Part shown: piece after piece, positions 52,601 to 64,000 of the stretch
Position numbering within the stretch: the first letter of the stretch is position 1
How the letters are laid out: every line of letters begins with the position of its first letter
Origin: Takakia lepidozioides
Lineage: Eukaryota; Plantae; Bryophyta
DNA: 64,000 nucleotides
Reading direction: 5' to 3'
NCBI GenBank assembly: GCA_030704615.1
Contig: CM060731.1
Coordinates: 3,224,001-3,288,000, forward strand
Notes under the pieces: model-generated
The model's input: only the letters and a program-made list of their open reading frames with translations
Databases searched by the model: none
Told to the model about the DNA's origin: nothing
Position numbers and translations under genes: made by a program

Positions 52601-53650
52601 GAAATTCCTTTCAAAAGAAAGAGAATGAAAGAAGAAAGAAACTTTATTAAAGAGGGGTGTGGGGGGAGGCACACAGGTACAAGAGAAGCAAATCTTTAGA
52701 AGGGAGATCTAGTCAGTAATTCAAGAGGCAAAAGGATGAGACGTACAGCAATCCGCTGCTGGTTGAGTCCACCATTGCATCGAACAACCAAATATCCATT
52801 GCTCCTTACAGGTGGCCCTGCAGAAGGTGGACGTAACCCTGAATTAAAGGGGCCGACAAGCTTGTTGCCTCTTGACATGAAACTCTCACCAATGCAGACC
52901 AGTTCATGGATGCTGCATACAGATATTTCAGCATAAACATGAATGTACGATATAAGTGATCTAAGTCATCTAAGTGATACTGCATTCAGGCATAGCAAGA
53001 CCACTACCTACATGGCCAATCACGAGTTCTAACAGCTGATGTTGCCCGCCAACCCAAGGATGAAGAGCTAGTCCACAGTTTGCTCACATCCACCTGCACA
53101 AATGTAGACCACCTACATCACTTCCCCATTCAAATCACTTTTCCACACACTTCTTCATTAAAATACAATGGTTCAATCTAGAGTTGGGAGACATGGCTAA
53201 GGCGACATGTCTATGACATACCAAACAGAATAATAATCAGTACAGTCACAGGACTACTCCCATGCCCATCAGCACAATTCCACATGTTTTTTTGGCCAAT
53301 CACAGCTGGTGCAGGCAGTACGTCATTACAGAAGCCTGCAAGCTTCCCTTTCTAGAGCTCACCAAGTCTACTGAGGCCATTCCCAAGACACATTGATATC
53401 AGGAGCACAATTGGTTCAGCCATTTCCCAGAGATTAAACCCACCTTGGACTTCACCACAAGCTTTTCCTCCCTCATCCGAGAGAATAGAGAAAGAGTGCA
53501 CAAAAGCAAAACCATGCCTGGCACATAGCGCCGGTTGGCCAGTGCCCTCATTTTGAAAATCCATTGCCGCCCTGCTGTCTGACCTCGCCTGTCCCCTTCT
53601 TCAGTGTCCCATACTTTTGAAGACCCTCCTCTGTGATCGCAAACGCGCAT
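49615..53650 (-). CDS. O-fucosyltransferase family protein (GT106/DUF246; OFUT1-like); exons 53650-53444, 53093-53012, 52817-52747, 52491-52403, 52225-52099, 51917-51634, 51441-51312, 50289-49615
   Basis: N-terminal TM anchor, NGYLVVRCNGGLNQQR, CNAVLAARIMNATLVLPEL, YQRLRCRVNFHALRF, HLRFEMDMLAFAGC, GKCPLTPEEVGLILRALGF, AVDYMVCLLSDIF and ESFYTNPWPECFC. The start codon is tentative. Confidence 0.92.
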
Positions 53651-55942
53651 ACCCACCCCCAAATAGAACATATTGGTTACATTTTTTATCCACAACTTTG
53701 TATCCTGCCCTTGATCCCACATTCTGTATTCGGATATGATTGGATGAGTACAAAATTTGAATGGCAAGATAGTGAAAGTTGTATCTGCTTAGAGTTGCAA
53801 ATTTCAACTCTGCTGATGGTTTCTCTTCAGCTTCCCTTCTCATTGATTTCCTTATCTTCTCTATCTCACTGTGTGTCTGCTACACTATCTTCCTTCAGGT
53901 AACATCGTTCGTGCTTGCAGGAGTATTACAGGTTACGAGCAACGTCGAGCACAAAATAATCAAAAGATTTTTCACAAAATGAAAATCGAAAAGAAATAAT
54001 CAAAAGACTATCAACGCTGTGGCAACTACAATGTGTACAAAGGTGCAAGAAACATTGACGGCCGTCAAATTGTTCAACGACTCATCTTTCCCTTGATGCA
54101 AACTTGCACAGACGTGCAAAATCTTCACCTGCACCTATCATCCATGCTCACTGTTGCAGATGACAAACGCTCTGCGACTCCCCAACTAAGACTGAGAAAA
54201 GATCAGCCGTGATCAACCCATCACTCAAATTCAAAAGCGTGAAGTCGCATTCGTGTTTCTGTTGACATAATTCTTTGAAGGTGAACAAGCTTTGCCAAAC
54301 CCAGAAACCTGCTGTGAACGAACACAAGTAGACAGGAGGGGTGGAGCGCTGCAAAATATGCCCGAGACCCAATGCCCAAGCAACTTCACCAAATTGACAC
54401 AACTTGCGGGGGCAAGTCCCATCCCCAATGCTGGAGGTACTTGAAGCAACAAGACTCGCAGTTATGAGTACCTGCGCATGCCGGCCCTGCGATCCCACCA
54501 CCCGCACGCTGTCCTTGCGAGCTCGTGTACCACCACGGGTCTCCTCTCTCTCTTCCCCTCCTCCTCCTTCTTCTTGGCCTTCCTCCGCAGTGTTCAGGCC
54601 TGCAAGCTTCGCTGCAGCAGCTGTCCATGGTTCAAATCCTGCCAAGGCAACCATGAAACAGCTCCTGCTGCCCAGCACGCAGATTTGCCATGGAAGGCGA
54701 GCAAACATGATGAAGAGGCTACTCATCATCCGGATGCTGTACCTCGCAGCCATGATGGGCTGCTCTACCTGCACCCACCTTCCATCAACCCCATTTCCTT
54801 TCATCAACTCTTCTCTTATACCCATCTATCGTAATCAACGTCTTCAATCAACGGTAACACTCACTTTTTGCTTTGCTGCAGAAGTCTCTTCTGCCATTTG
54901 GAGCCCCATTGTTTTGGGGACTGGGAGGTACCTACTCTCTTGTAGAAACGTAAGGCATGACATTGTAGTATTGAAGTGCAGTATGATCGTTCAAACTCTC
55001 TGCAGTTGTGATGTGGTCTTTACAATTTCCACCCTGGGAACCCAGATGGAGAAATGTAACAGTGGATTCTTCCATGGAAAGACATGTAGGCTCGGCCACA
55101 GGGGGAATGAATGATGAAGTTGTGAGACGGAAATTCAGCTTTCGCATTTTGCACTAACATTGGTGGGTACCATTTTTTTCCTGGTCGACCTCATGCAACA
55201 AGTGTGCACAGATATTGTGCTGCTGGAGCAAAAGTAGGAAGAGGAATGGCAACCTTTGCGGTGCTGTTTACCTCAATGCCCATGCATTGAAATCACTGGG
55301 TGCTTGATAGATGTCTAGCAGTCAATGGCTGTAGACACTTGGTTGTGGACAACACATCCACATTCCAGCTCGTGGTTGCTATATCTCCAAAACAGTGGGT
55401 CACAGACATGCTCTCCAGGACTTACTTCACGCGGCCAAGGAACCCAATCTTCTGATATCAAAGTGGAAATCTTATAGCACTTCACTAGTCAGACCAGGAT
55501 TTGAATCTAGCATACTTGCATTATAGCCATCCTCCACACCCCAGAGAATACCACATGTTGAGTAACTTTTGCATCAAGTACATCCAACTGTATTTCAATG
55601 TGAGCTGGGTAATATCCACAGTATTCACAAGAGCTCGACTTTCTTGTAGTTTATCCAGATAACACTGGCTTAATAATTCTTGCTTGAGAATTTGGACTAG
55701 CCTTGAACTCAACCACCTCTTAACCCTAGCTTTGGCTTTGATAATCACACCTTCAGTTCCTCAACCACATGTATTTGCACAGGGAGAGAAGTTCCCCCAT
55801 CATGAGGGAGAAAGAGGCCTTGGTTGGGTCATGCTTCCCAGGGTCTTGAGACTGCAGCTGTTGCTAAAGGGGATAACCTTCCCTGTTGTCTATTCACTGG
55901 GGGAAAACCACCACACAAGCCAAGAGACAAGTTTATACATAG

Positions 55943-57378
55943 CTACAAATACATTGCACCTGCGACTCCAACAGCAGGGCCAACCACTGTAGTGGGCACC
56001 AGCACATTGACAAACGCACCAATAGGAGGTCCGATGAATGGAATGCGCTTGATAGCGTTCTTGGTCATATGGACAACTAGTATGCCCCCGAGCATGAAGA
56101 GGCCAAGCCGCTTCCCCCGATCCAGTGCCACACGTTTCAATGTCTCCCGTGCAAATTTCTCAAACTGCTGGGCATTGATGATTTCATCATTAAGAAGAAG
56201 GGCAGGGTCGTTGCGCACTAGAGCATCAATATCATGTTGTGTGACAGGACGCAATACAAGCTTTCCAGCCTTGGGATCCAACTGCTCAGTGATCCTCTGT
56301 GATACATAAGAAAGACAGCCATTGTTTTCCATTCCTGTTAAATTTAGATAAAGGATTGAGACATTTGTAAAATTGTCCAATTTATCGGAAGGCACACAAT
56401 ATACACCTGTTGAATCTCCAGCTGAACAAAGTATTTCAGTGTCAATGCAGTGTGAACAGAGTCGTACATGGTACAGAGCCAAAACACCACATTGCATACA
56501 TATGACAGTTGCGATCTCCGACTGCCTTTTCCCTTACAATACCTAAGAGACATGTTTTCAATGTTTAAGCACGGCAGAGTGCTGTCAAATTGCTCAAAGT
56601 AATCGACACACACTGTCCTAATCAGACACTTTCTAGGATATAACTTTTGCAGTTGAACCTAATGATGAAACCCTGTAAGACCTAATGGTTCCCACTATTT
56701 GACAGACAAAGTAGAAAGGCTCTCCATTAGGACATAAGCAAAAGTCATGGATCCTAAGAAGATGCTTATAGATGAAATAAGCTCAACACTATGACCTGAA
56801 GAGAGAGAGGGAGGGGGAGAGAGACCAGCATGAAACACAAAAAGGATCCCTTATATGCAAAAAAAAGCACAAATATGACATTAAGCTAGATTCATTAGAC
56901 TTTGCTTCAATTCCTTGCCTTCAGACATAGTTGAAGGAAGTGAAGATCGACACGAACACACAATTGCCAAGAATCCTACTGTGAAGAAACCTTCAATCCT
57001 GGATTTCCGAATTTATGGCCAGAACAAAAAGGGAACGACAAGGTAAAGATTACAAGCATATGAAGTTAGCGCACGCAGTTTGCATCCGCTTCCCATGCGT
57101 GTTTCTGCGTAAAACTCATACGGAGAAAAAAGAGTCCAATCTGGCTCAAAATTGAAGCTACACTGAAAAGCGGAAGAAAAGAGGATAACGCCTACCTCGA
57201 GACAATCCTGCAAAGCTGGCAAGAGATGCGAGAGAGGAAGCGATGACGAAGGTGCAGGCAGCTGGAACCTGAAAAAGGCAGCATGAACAGCAGCCTTGAA
57301 GCGATGGGACTCGTCCAGCACTCTGTCCACGCTCTCTACAAACCCCGTCATTGAAAGCTTGCCGCCTCCCTGACCCAT
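55943..57378 (-). CDS. Small plant protein, Met-Gly N-terminus (possible myristoylation), EF-hand-like region and hydrophobic C-terminus; exons 57378-57196, 56296-55943
   Basis: MGQGGGK start, phase-0 GT-AG intron, DEIINAQQFEKF and LGLFMLGGILVVHMTK..IPFIG. From memory, it resembles uncharacterised plant EF-hand-family proteins. Confidence 0.65.
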
Positions 57379-58329
57379 TTCCTTCTCCCGCGGGGCCCTT
57401 CCGTTGGCAGGCGATGCATGGATAACTTGTTCAGAGCTCTCCGTCCTCATCCCTGCTTGGCCCTACAGCGGGCAAGACACGTATTCCATGGCTATCAATC
57501 GTCAAGACGTGCACAGCGAAGAACGAGCGCCAGCAAACAAGACGCAAGCCAAAGAGGGAGACGAAGAAGAAAGGGATTAGTTAGTGAGTGGTTAGTTAGT
57601 GAGCGATTAGTGAGTGATTAGTTTGTTGGTGAGTGATTAGTAAAGATTCCCTCCGAAGAGTAGTTAACTCAATTAAGTTAATAACTCAATTTATGTATTA
57701 AATTGTTTTTGAAAAACAGAATTTTTTTATTTTTTTATTTTTTTTAAGAGAACAGGGGATGGATCATGGAACTTAGCCCTGGAAATATATATATATTCCA
57801 TATATTTCATTAATACGTATGAAGAGACGGTTACTTAGGGAACCGCCTTTCTTTCATAATGTTTTATCATTGCTACCTATTATTTGTTCCGTTTCTGGAA
57901 AATCCAAGATTTAGTTGATCGGGGGTTGAAATACATGATACCCTCATGAAACCATGATAAATAAATATTATTTCTAATTAGAAAACCTATTTATTTATAT
58001 TACATAACTTGTATATTTCAATATATAGTATTATCCGCTATGCCTGTAATAATAATAATAACAATCCTGCAGCGGCTGCAGACTGCGAGATAAGGCGGGA
58101 TTGATGAGCTACAGATGTGTGAAGCTCGTGCACTGATCTACAGCACGACAGGCTGCTTGCAAGGAATTTGAGAGCGAGATGTGGGCAGGATATGGAATGT
58201 ACTAGGGAGCAGAAGGATACAGACACAAAATATCTGTTTTGATCTGTAAAAGAGAAGGAGTGGACGATAAGGCATAGAGGTGTGGTGCCAGTAGATGAGG
58301 TAAATCCACATATAGTCTGGAAGATGATC

Positions 58330-61226
58330 AGTGAATCAGACAGTGATGAGAGTGGATTACGTACACGCGGGCCAGGGAGGAACCTGTACACCATCCAAAC
58401 AGCCCTATACAGGCATTCCTGTTGGGCAATCCACGATGATCATGTCCACAGCCACATGCACGCTTTTTCCATCCACAACACTAGACCAAGTTCCTGGCAA
58501 CTGCAAACAACATACAGAAAATGTAGGAGTCAATAGCCGGATGATGAGGATATAAAAACATCGAAAAATTCCTTACATTCAAGTTTGTTTGTTGGGGGAA
58601 ACTCACATTTTTTAAGAACTCCATGAGCTCTTTCAAGGTCGCATTAGGAGATGTACTTGAGGCCTCCACCATATCAATGAAATGAGTAGGCATGATCTTC
58701 ATGCGATACATGCTAGGTGCACCACCAGAAAATGACACTGCACTGTAAGGATGTTCGCCTGCATTTGGCTTGTTTCCTCGAGTAGTAGGTGCAGGCACTA
58801 CAACCAACTGATTTGTAGGATGTGAAGAACTACCAATAGGACCAGCAATAGAAGCCACACCTGCATTGGGGGCCACACCTGCATTGACATCCGCACCTTT
58901 TCTTTTTTCGTGATTTGCGTTTTGGTACACCCACAACGGCAGGGACCACTTGGGCTACAGCGTCAGCGGCCTGTGTAGCAATCTGTTCTGCATGCTCCAG
59001 ATCAAGAACAGGGACTTCAATGAAGATACCCCCTTCATCACTCACTGACTGCCTGCGAACACATTCCTTATGAAGTCCCATTTCTGCATAGGGGATAGTA
59101 CCCTTGGGCATATCCAAATACCAACCCGGTGTTCCACACCCCAATCTTCCTCAATTGCAGGTGTGTACATGGAAGCTTATTGAGCACCAAACTTCCAGGC
59201 CATCAGAAACTTGGGTTCAGCCTTAAGTCGATCACTCGGTACAAGCACAAATCTCATGTACCTAAAATACAAACACATTCAAAGTTATTGTGGAGACAAA
59301 TATTTATGCAACCTGTTCAACAATTGAACAAGCACATTAAGAAACATGTATATCCCAATGTACTAGAAAAATACTTGAAGCATAGATATTTTTGACTTAC
59401 AAGGTGTATACACTATCCATGTACAATGCAATGGAAAGATGGTACCTGAATAAAATCCGTCTCACCACCTTCTCCCCACCTGTTTGTTGTTCCCAATCAT
59501 TGCCTCTGAATGGCCCCTTTGGCAATGAGAACTCTCTATGAAACAACTCATTGAAATGAGTCATCTTCCATGTATCCATGTAGTCTCCCGGACTCTCACT
59601 CTCTCCTTCCTCCAAGGCAACATGAAATTGGCCAAGTTGAGTGGTGTACAAGGCAAACTGAGCCAAGGCAACCTTGCGAAGCTGCCAGAAAATACAGTTA
59701 GTTAAATAACTATGTTAATGTGTCATCAACAAAATGAATTAATTGCATCGAGAAGATATTGATTGTATATGTACCTGCCACCAAAAAGTCCTTCTATTCA
59801 GCCAAGGATCAAGTGTTGGCCCACTGATAGGCCCGGGTGGAAAAAAATTACGGTCGTGAAGTGTTTGGTCTCCATTCCATATATGTAGCCATTCCACCTT
59901 TTCTTCAGGATCCACCCGGGCGGTAGCAATGTTCACCATTTTCTCTTGGGTCATTTCCTCTGATCCTGCCTTTACACGTGACCAATGCAGTTTAAGCTCT
60001 TGGAGAAACCCCTCTCCAAGGGTTGGATCAACAATAGGAAGCAACTTCACAAGCTGACTCTTGTGTTGCTCCCTTGCTTTCAATCCAGCCTGTCTCATTG
60101 TATCTTCAAGGCCCTCTCGACTCTTTGGCCCCTCAGCAAGTTTGTAAGCTTCCCCCGCCATGCGTTGGGCCTCAACAATATCATGCTGCCAAAAGAACCA
60201 AAACAGTTCATAACATGAACCAGAGGTGAATCTTGTCTATGGATGCAAAGAATGAAACTTGGTTAAGACATGATGTTACCTTGTACAAAATCTCTATCAT
60301 TGCATGGACTGTCAGGTTATACCAAGTCTTTCCTGCTTTCTTGATGCATTCGTCGTATTGCTCTTTCCTCAATACATTCTTCCATTCAGAGACAGGTGTA
60401 AGGCCAATCATATTGACCTTGCAAACCAAGTGCACGAATTTGGATGTAACATGTGCCCTCTCTGTTGCCCTGCACATATAAAATATGATCATTAGAAAGA
60501 AGATGTGTATATGTACATCCATTGAGCAAGAACATGATAACATTGAACATGAAAGTAAATGAAGAATAGAAAGGAAACTCACACATTCACTCCATCCATG
60601 ATGGACCTGAGGGAACCACGATTTTCAATGTCCGCATTGAGCACCCAACTTGTCACACAGACATGTCTTGATAAGTTGGCCCCATGAACTTCATTGATAT
60701 AGGGATACCATGCTTGAAGCCTATGATTCCCATCCCAGACATGAAACATCTTCCCCCGAAGATGATGCAATTTTGGCTTGGACTCAAGATACTTCTCAAA
60801 CTCATCATTGACTGTTTTCCAATGACTATCCCATGTAGAGATGATATCAGGACCTACATCTATAGTAGATCCATCAATCCCCTCAACAGAAACATAGAAC
60901 ACGGCTGCTCCTGGATGGTATCCAGAATAGATGTCTCCTCTAAGCTTTAGGATGTCGTTGGCAAGGGCGGGCCTAACAACCTGCATAGAAATCATGCGAC
61001 ACGATGGAATGTCCATAACTCCATCCTCAATGAGGAGGGACCTGAAAGTTACATTCAGATCTTATTTCTTTTCCAGAATAATTGCATGTTTGGCATCTAG
61101 AGAAAGAGGATCACTAGATGTTGTATCCTCTTCATACTCATCTGCCCCCCAATTCCCTGCATCAATGTCGTTAATAATGGTTGCAAGCGTCCCGGCCTCC
61201 ACAGCTTCAGTTGTAGTAGTAATTTC
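58330..61226 (-). pseudogene. Spliced ParB/sulfiredoxin-like domain gene with C-terminal methyltransferase-like motif; exons ~61226-60583, 60469-60280, 60185-59775, 59681-59401, 59261-58607, 58500-~58330; stops and frameshifts present
   Basis: QVVRPALANDILKL..IYSGY, MFHVWDGNHRLQAW and IMDGVN follow the ParB N-terminal layout. The last exon has VDMIIVDCPTG. GT-AG introns are in phase. In-frame stops lie at ~61063, ~59180 and ~58407. Confidence 0.7.
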
Positions 61227-61439
61227 CTAATTCCATATACCAAAATAGTTCAAGATGTCAGTGTATGAGAAGAGCACATGTGTGAATGTATAATATGTAA
61301 AAAGAGCAGTTCAGTGTTATGGTTGCATGAAGAAAACAAATGAATTTGAATAGTCAACTAATTCCATGAATATCCTTGTCTTTCAAAGCTTACAACTTGG
61401 AGCAGAATACAGGCCTGAGCATCCCGACAGAGGACCTCC

Positions 61440-62560
61440 GACCACCTACGCCGGCGCATATGACACATATGTGCAACCAACTCAAAATTTGACAAGATTT
61501 GAGGCCCTTGAAGAAATTTTTGCTCAAGGAGCTCCAAGCATATGCGCCGGCGCATACCATGGAAGGGAGGTTGTAGCCAAACATACAGGAGCACCTTGAA
61601 AGATCAAACTAGGCCTATGGAAGCATGTGGAGTTGTGGAGGTGGCAACGTAGAAGCTTTGAGATACTTGAATACTGTGATCAACCAAAATAGGGAAGGTT
61701 CCCCAAGCGTTTGCGCCGACGGAGGTGGCAGCCTCGACACTTTGGAGCTTACGTAACACAAGGAATATACAACAAAAAACCAAGCTCCAAGCATCTCCGC
61801 CGGCGGAGATGCTTGCATGAGGTTCCTGAAACCTAGGAGCTAAGCAAAAAAAGATTGTGCTCAATGGGTATGCGCCGGCGGATATGGCAGCCCAGCCCAC
61901 TCGGAGCATCAACAACTTATGAGAATGCGGAGAAACAAAAGAGATGGAAGGGGGGAGAACTTCCTGAAATATGTGAGCAGCCCTGCTGCACGGGTCTGTG
62001 TTGACAGAGGTGGCAGCCTTGGCGCTTTGGAGCTTCCGTAACACAGGGAATATGCAAAAAAACCAAGCTTCAAGTGTCTCCGCCGGCGGAGACGCTTGCA
62101 GGAGGTTCCTGAAACCTATGAGCTGAGCAAAAAAGAATGTACTCAATGGGTATGCGCCGGCGGATATGCCAGCGCAGCCCACTCGGAACATCAGCAACTT
62201 TTGAGCATGCGGAAAAACAAAGGAGATGGAAAAGGGGAGAACTTCCTGAAACATTTGAGCAGCCCTGCTGCACAGGTATGCGCCGGCGGATACGCCAGCC
62301 CAACCCGCTCGGAGCATCAGCAACGTATGAGCATGCAAAAAAATAAACGGGATGGGAGTAGATGAGCACTTCCTGAAACATGTGAGCATCCCAGCTCCAA
62401 CGGTATGCGCCGGCGGAGGTGGCAGCCCAGCCCTTCCAAGCATCAGAAAAAACCAAGGGGAATGAGCTGTCTCCGCCGGCGGAGACGGTTGTGTGTATGT
62501 GTGGATATTCGCAAACTTGTGAGAGTTGAAGTGACTTAGGCATCTGCGCCGGCGGAGGTG
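61440..62560. repeat. Array of degenerate repeats centred on CGCCGGCG palindromes
   Basis: cgccggcg near 61449, 61545, 61798, 61873, 62080, 62155, 62281, 62408, 62474 and 62547. Several extend to 16-28-bp palindromes. Confidence 0.9.
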
Positions 62561-63010
62561 CTAGATTAGGAGCAGCTTGGTGGGGCTTATGCGATGGCGC
62601 ATATGCCTAAGTGCAGGTCATGAAAAAAAACAAAACTACAGCTTACCTCCTCCATCCGCAGCTTACCTCTACCACCACCACCACCAGCAACGCGTCCCCC
62701 TCGAGTGTCCTTCTTCCTCCCCATCGCCGCAACAGCTCGTTGCCTCGGGGTGGTATAGTATAAGGCCGAGATGCGGCGCCTCTGTCTCCTCTTCGCAACG
62801 GGAGTCTCTAGGGTGTAGAGACTAGAGATGTGTTAAGTGCTTGTGTAGTTTGTGTGTGTTTGTTTGGGGGAGTGGCAAGGGATAATGTGCAAGTATACTA
62901 GACTACGTTAGTGTAGTAATGATACTGGGTTAGTCATGTAGTAATGGAAACAAGTTTAACTGAATAGAAACAGTTTATTAACAAAAAAGTAGAAGTTGTT
63001 TCATTGAATA

Positions 63011-63079
63011 GAGCATGGCTTGTTGGTAAGGTTGTGGTGTATTTTCCACAAGGTTGCGGGTTCAAACCTGCCCCCGCCA
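63011..63079 (+). other. Degenerate tRNA-like (SINE-head-like) sequence
   Basis: tggcttgttggtaag A-box-like, gcgggttcaaacctgc T-arm/B-box-like, ending in cca. No clean cloverleaf. Confidence 0.45.
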
Positions 63080-64000
63080 AGGAGAGCGGGGGGGGAGGGG
63101 GGCGAGTTAGCGAAGGCTAAGGCCTTAAAAAGGCCAAATTGGCCAAATCTGAAATGTGAACTTTTTTTATACACTCTGGCGTTAGTGCTTTTTGGACTAC
63201 ATGGGTTACACGTGGATCCTCAGAAGATGGTTGTACGATTGACATGTTACTTTGTGGCGGCGCCTTCATAATACAATATAAAGTAAGTGATAAAGTAACT
63301 AAATATTTTGTTATGGGTGTCTTAATCAATTTATTGGTTTTAGAGTCAATTGTCGCCACAAATACTTGTACTCATTACTCATACATGAGTAATCAAAGAA
63401 CAAATCAACATACATGTCATGGGATTTGATTGTAAATAAATTGTCCCATCTAGTGTATCAGTTCATAGTTGGACGATTAATCAACGATTGGTTGTAAAAT
63501 AAATGGAAACATGCAGAGCATTTATGTTTCATATGCTCATAAGAAGAAGGCAGTACATTGGATTCTAAGATCTCAACAACGGCGCCGTCGTCTTAAAAAT
63601 AGGGGATAGTCCATTTAGTTGTTTCTGTCAGAGAATAATATGGATGGAACACTTGCCTCAAAAAATTTGGACCTTCTGGATTGATGATACACATAAGTAA
63701 TGTAAGCCATTTAATGTATTTGCATAAGGTCTTGCAAGATGTGTGCTTTCATTCATTTTGCATCTTCTCTCAAACTTTGAGGGCATTGCCAAATGTCTAC
63801 ACCAAAATATGCAGTGCTTTCATGTCCACCTGATGCAAAAGTGGTTCGTTATCCTTGCAATGGAAACAAGTGCATTATCCCAGAACCTTGGTTATGCAAT
63901 AGATTCAAACTTGTTCTGGGTTCAGTTTTTTTGGAGGATGATGGAGATGATGATGCCTCCACAGTGTTGCTTCCAGTTTTCAATGACGGCCAAAAGCAAT

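Noticed and set aside
54148-55114. Overlapping 225-aa and 236-aa ORFs upstream of the O-fucosyltransferase
   Set aside because: No recognisable motifs. The GT106 protein already has a start codon and TM anchor from 53650, so this is more likely 5' UTR or uORF sequence.
60579-61016. Sulfiredoxin gene
   Set aside because: It lacks the catalytic Cys (GNHR, not GCHR), is part of a much longer protein, and is multicopy and decayed.
61604-62543. 279-aa and 157-aa minus-strand ORFs as upstream exons of the ParB-like gene
   Set aside because: They translate the palindromic repeat array. No convincing splice junction to 61226 was found, although coding status cannot be excluded.
63600-64000. Possible further decayed coding exon at the window edge
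   Set aside because: Several frames are partly open but no motif was recognised, and the region is truncated by the window.

Overview
Eukaryotic, intron-rich land-plant genomic DNA; gene content suggests a bryophyte or other early-diverging plant (inference). Five spliced host genes lie on the minus strand: a THUMP/RlmL-like RNA methyltransferase, plastid ribosomal protein L1, an RCC2-like RCC1-repeat protein with AT-hooks, a GT106 O-fucosyltransferase, and a small Met-Gly-start protein with an EF-hand-like region. Mobile DNA includes a near-complete APE-RT LINE (4.4-9.3 kb) and a TE-rich block (25.6-49 kb). That block holds a TIR element with a hairpin-bearing tandem array, an RPA70-like OB-fold pseudogene, and a Ty3/gypsy element with an extra 5' ORF and a dUTPase-like domain. 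The second LTR copy of that element is split by a 5.4-kb insertion. The most unusual signal is a spliced gene family with a ParB/sulfiredoxin-type domain (VWDGNHRL), present twice: a long copy at 58.3-61.2 kb and a fragment at 43.1-43.65 kb with the same intron position. The long copy ends in an amino-methyltransferase-like motif and lies next to an array of CGCCGGCG-centred palindromes. All exon boundaries and homologies were read by eye; no database searches were run.
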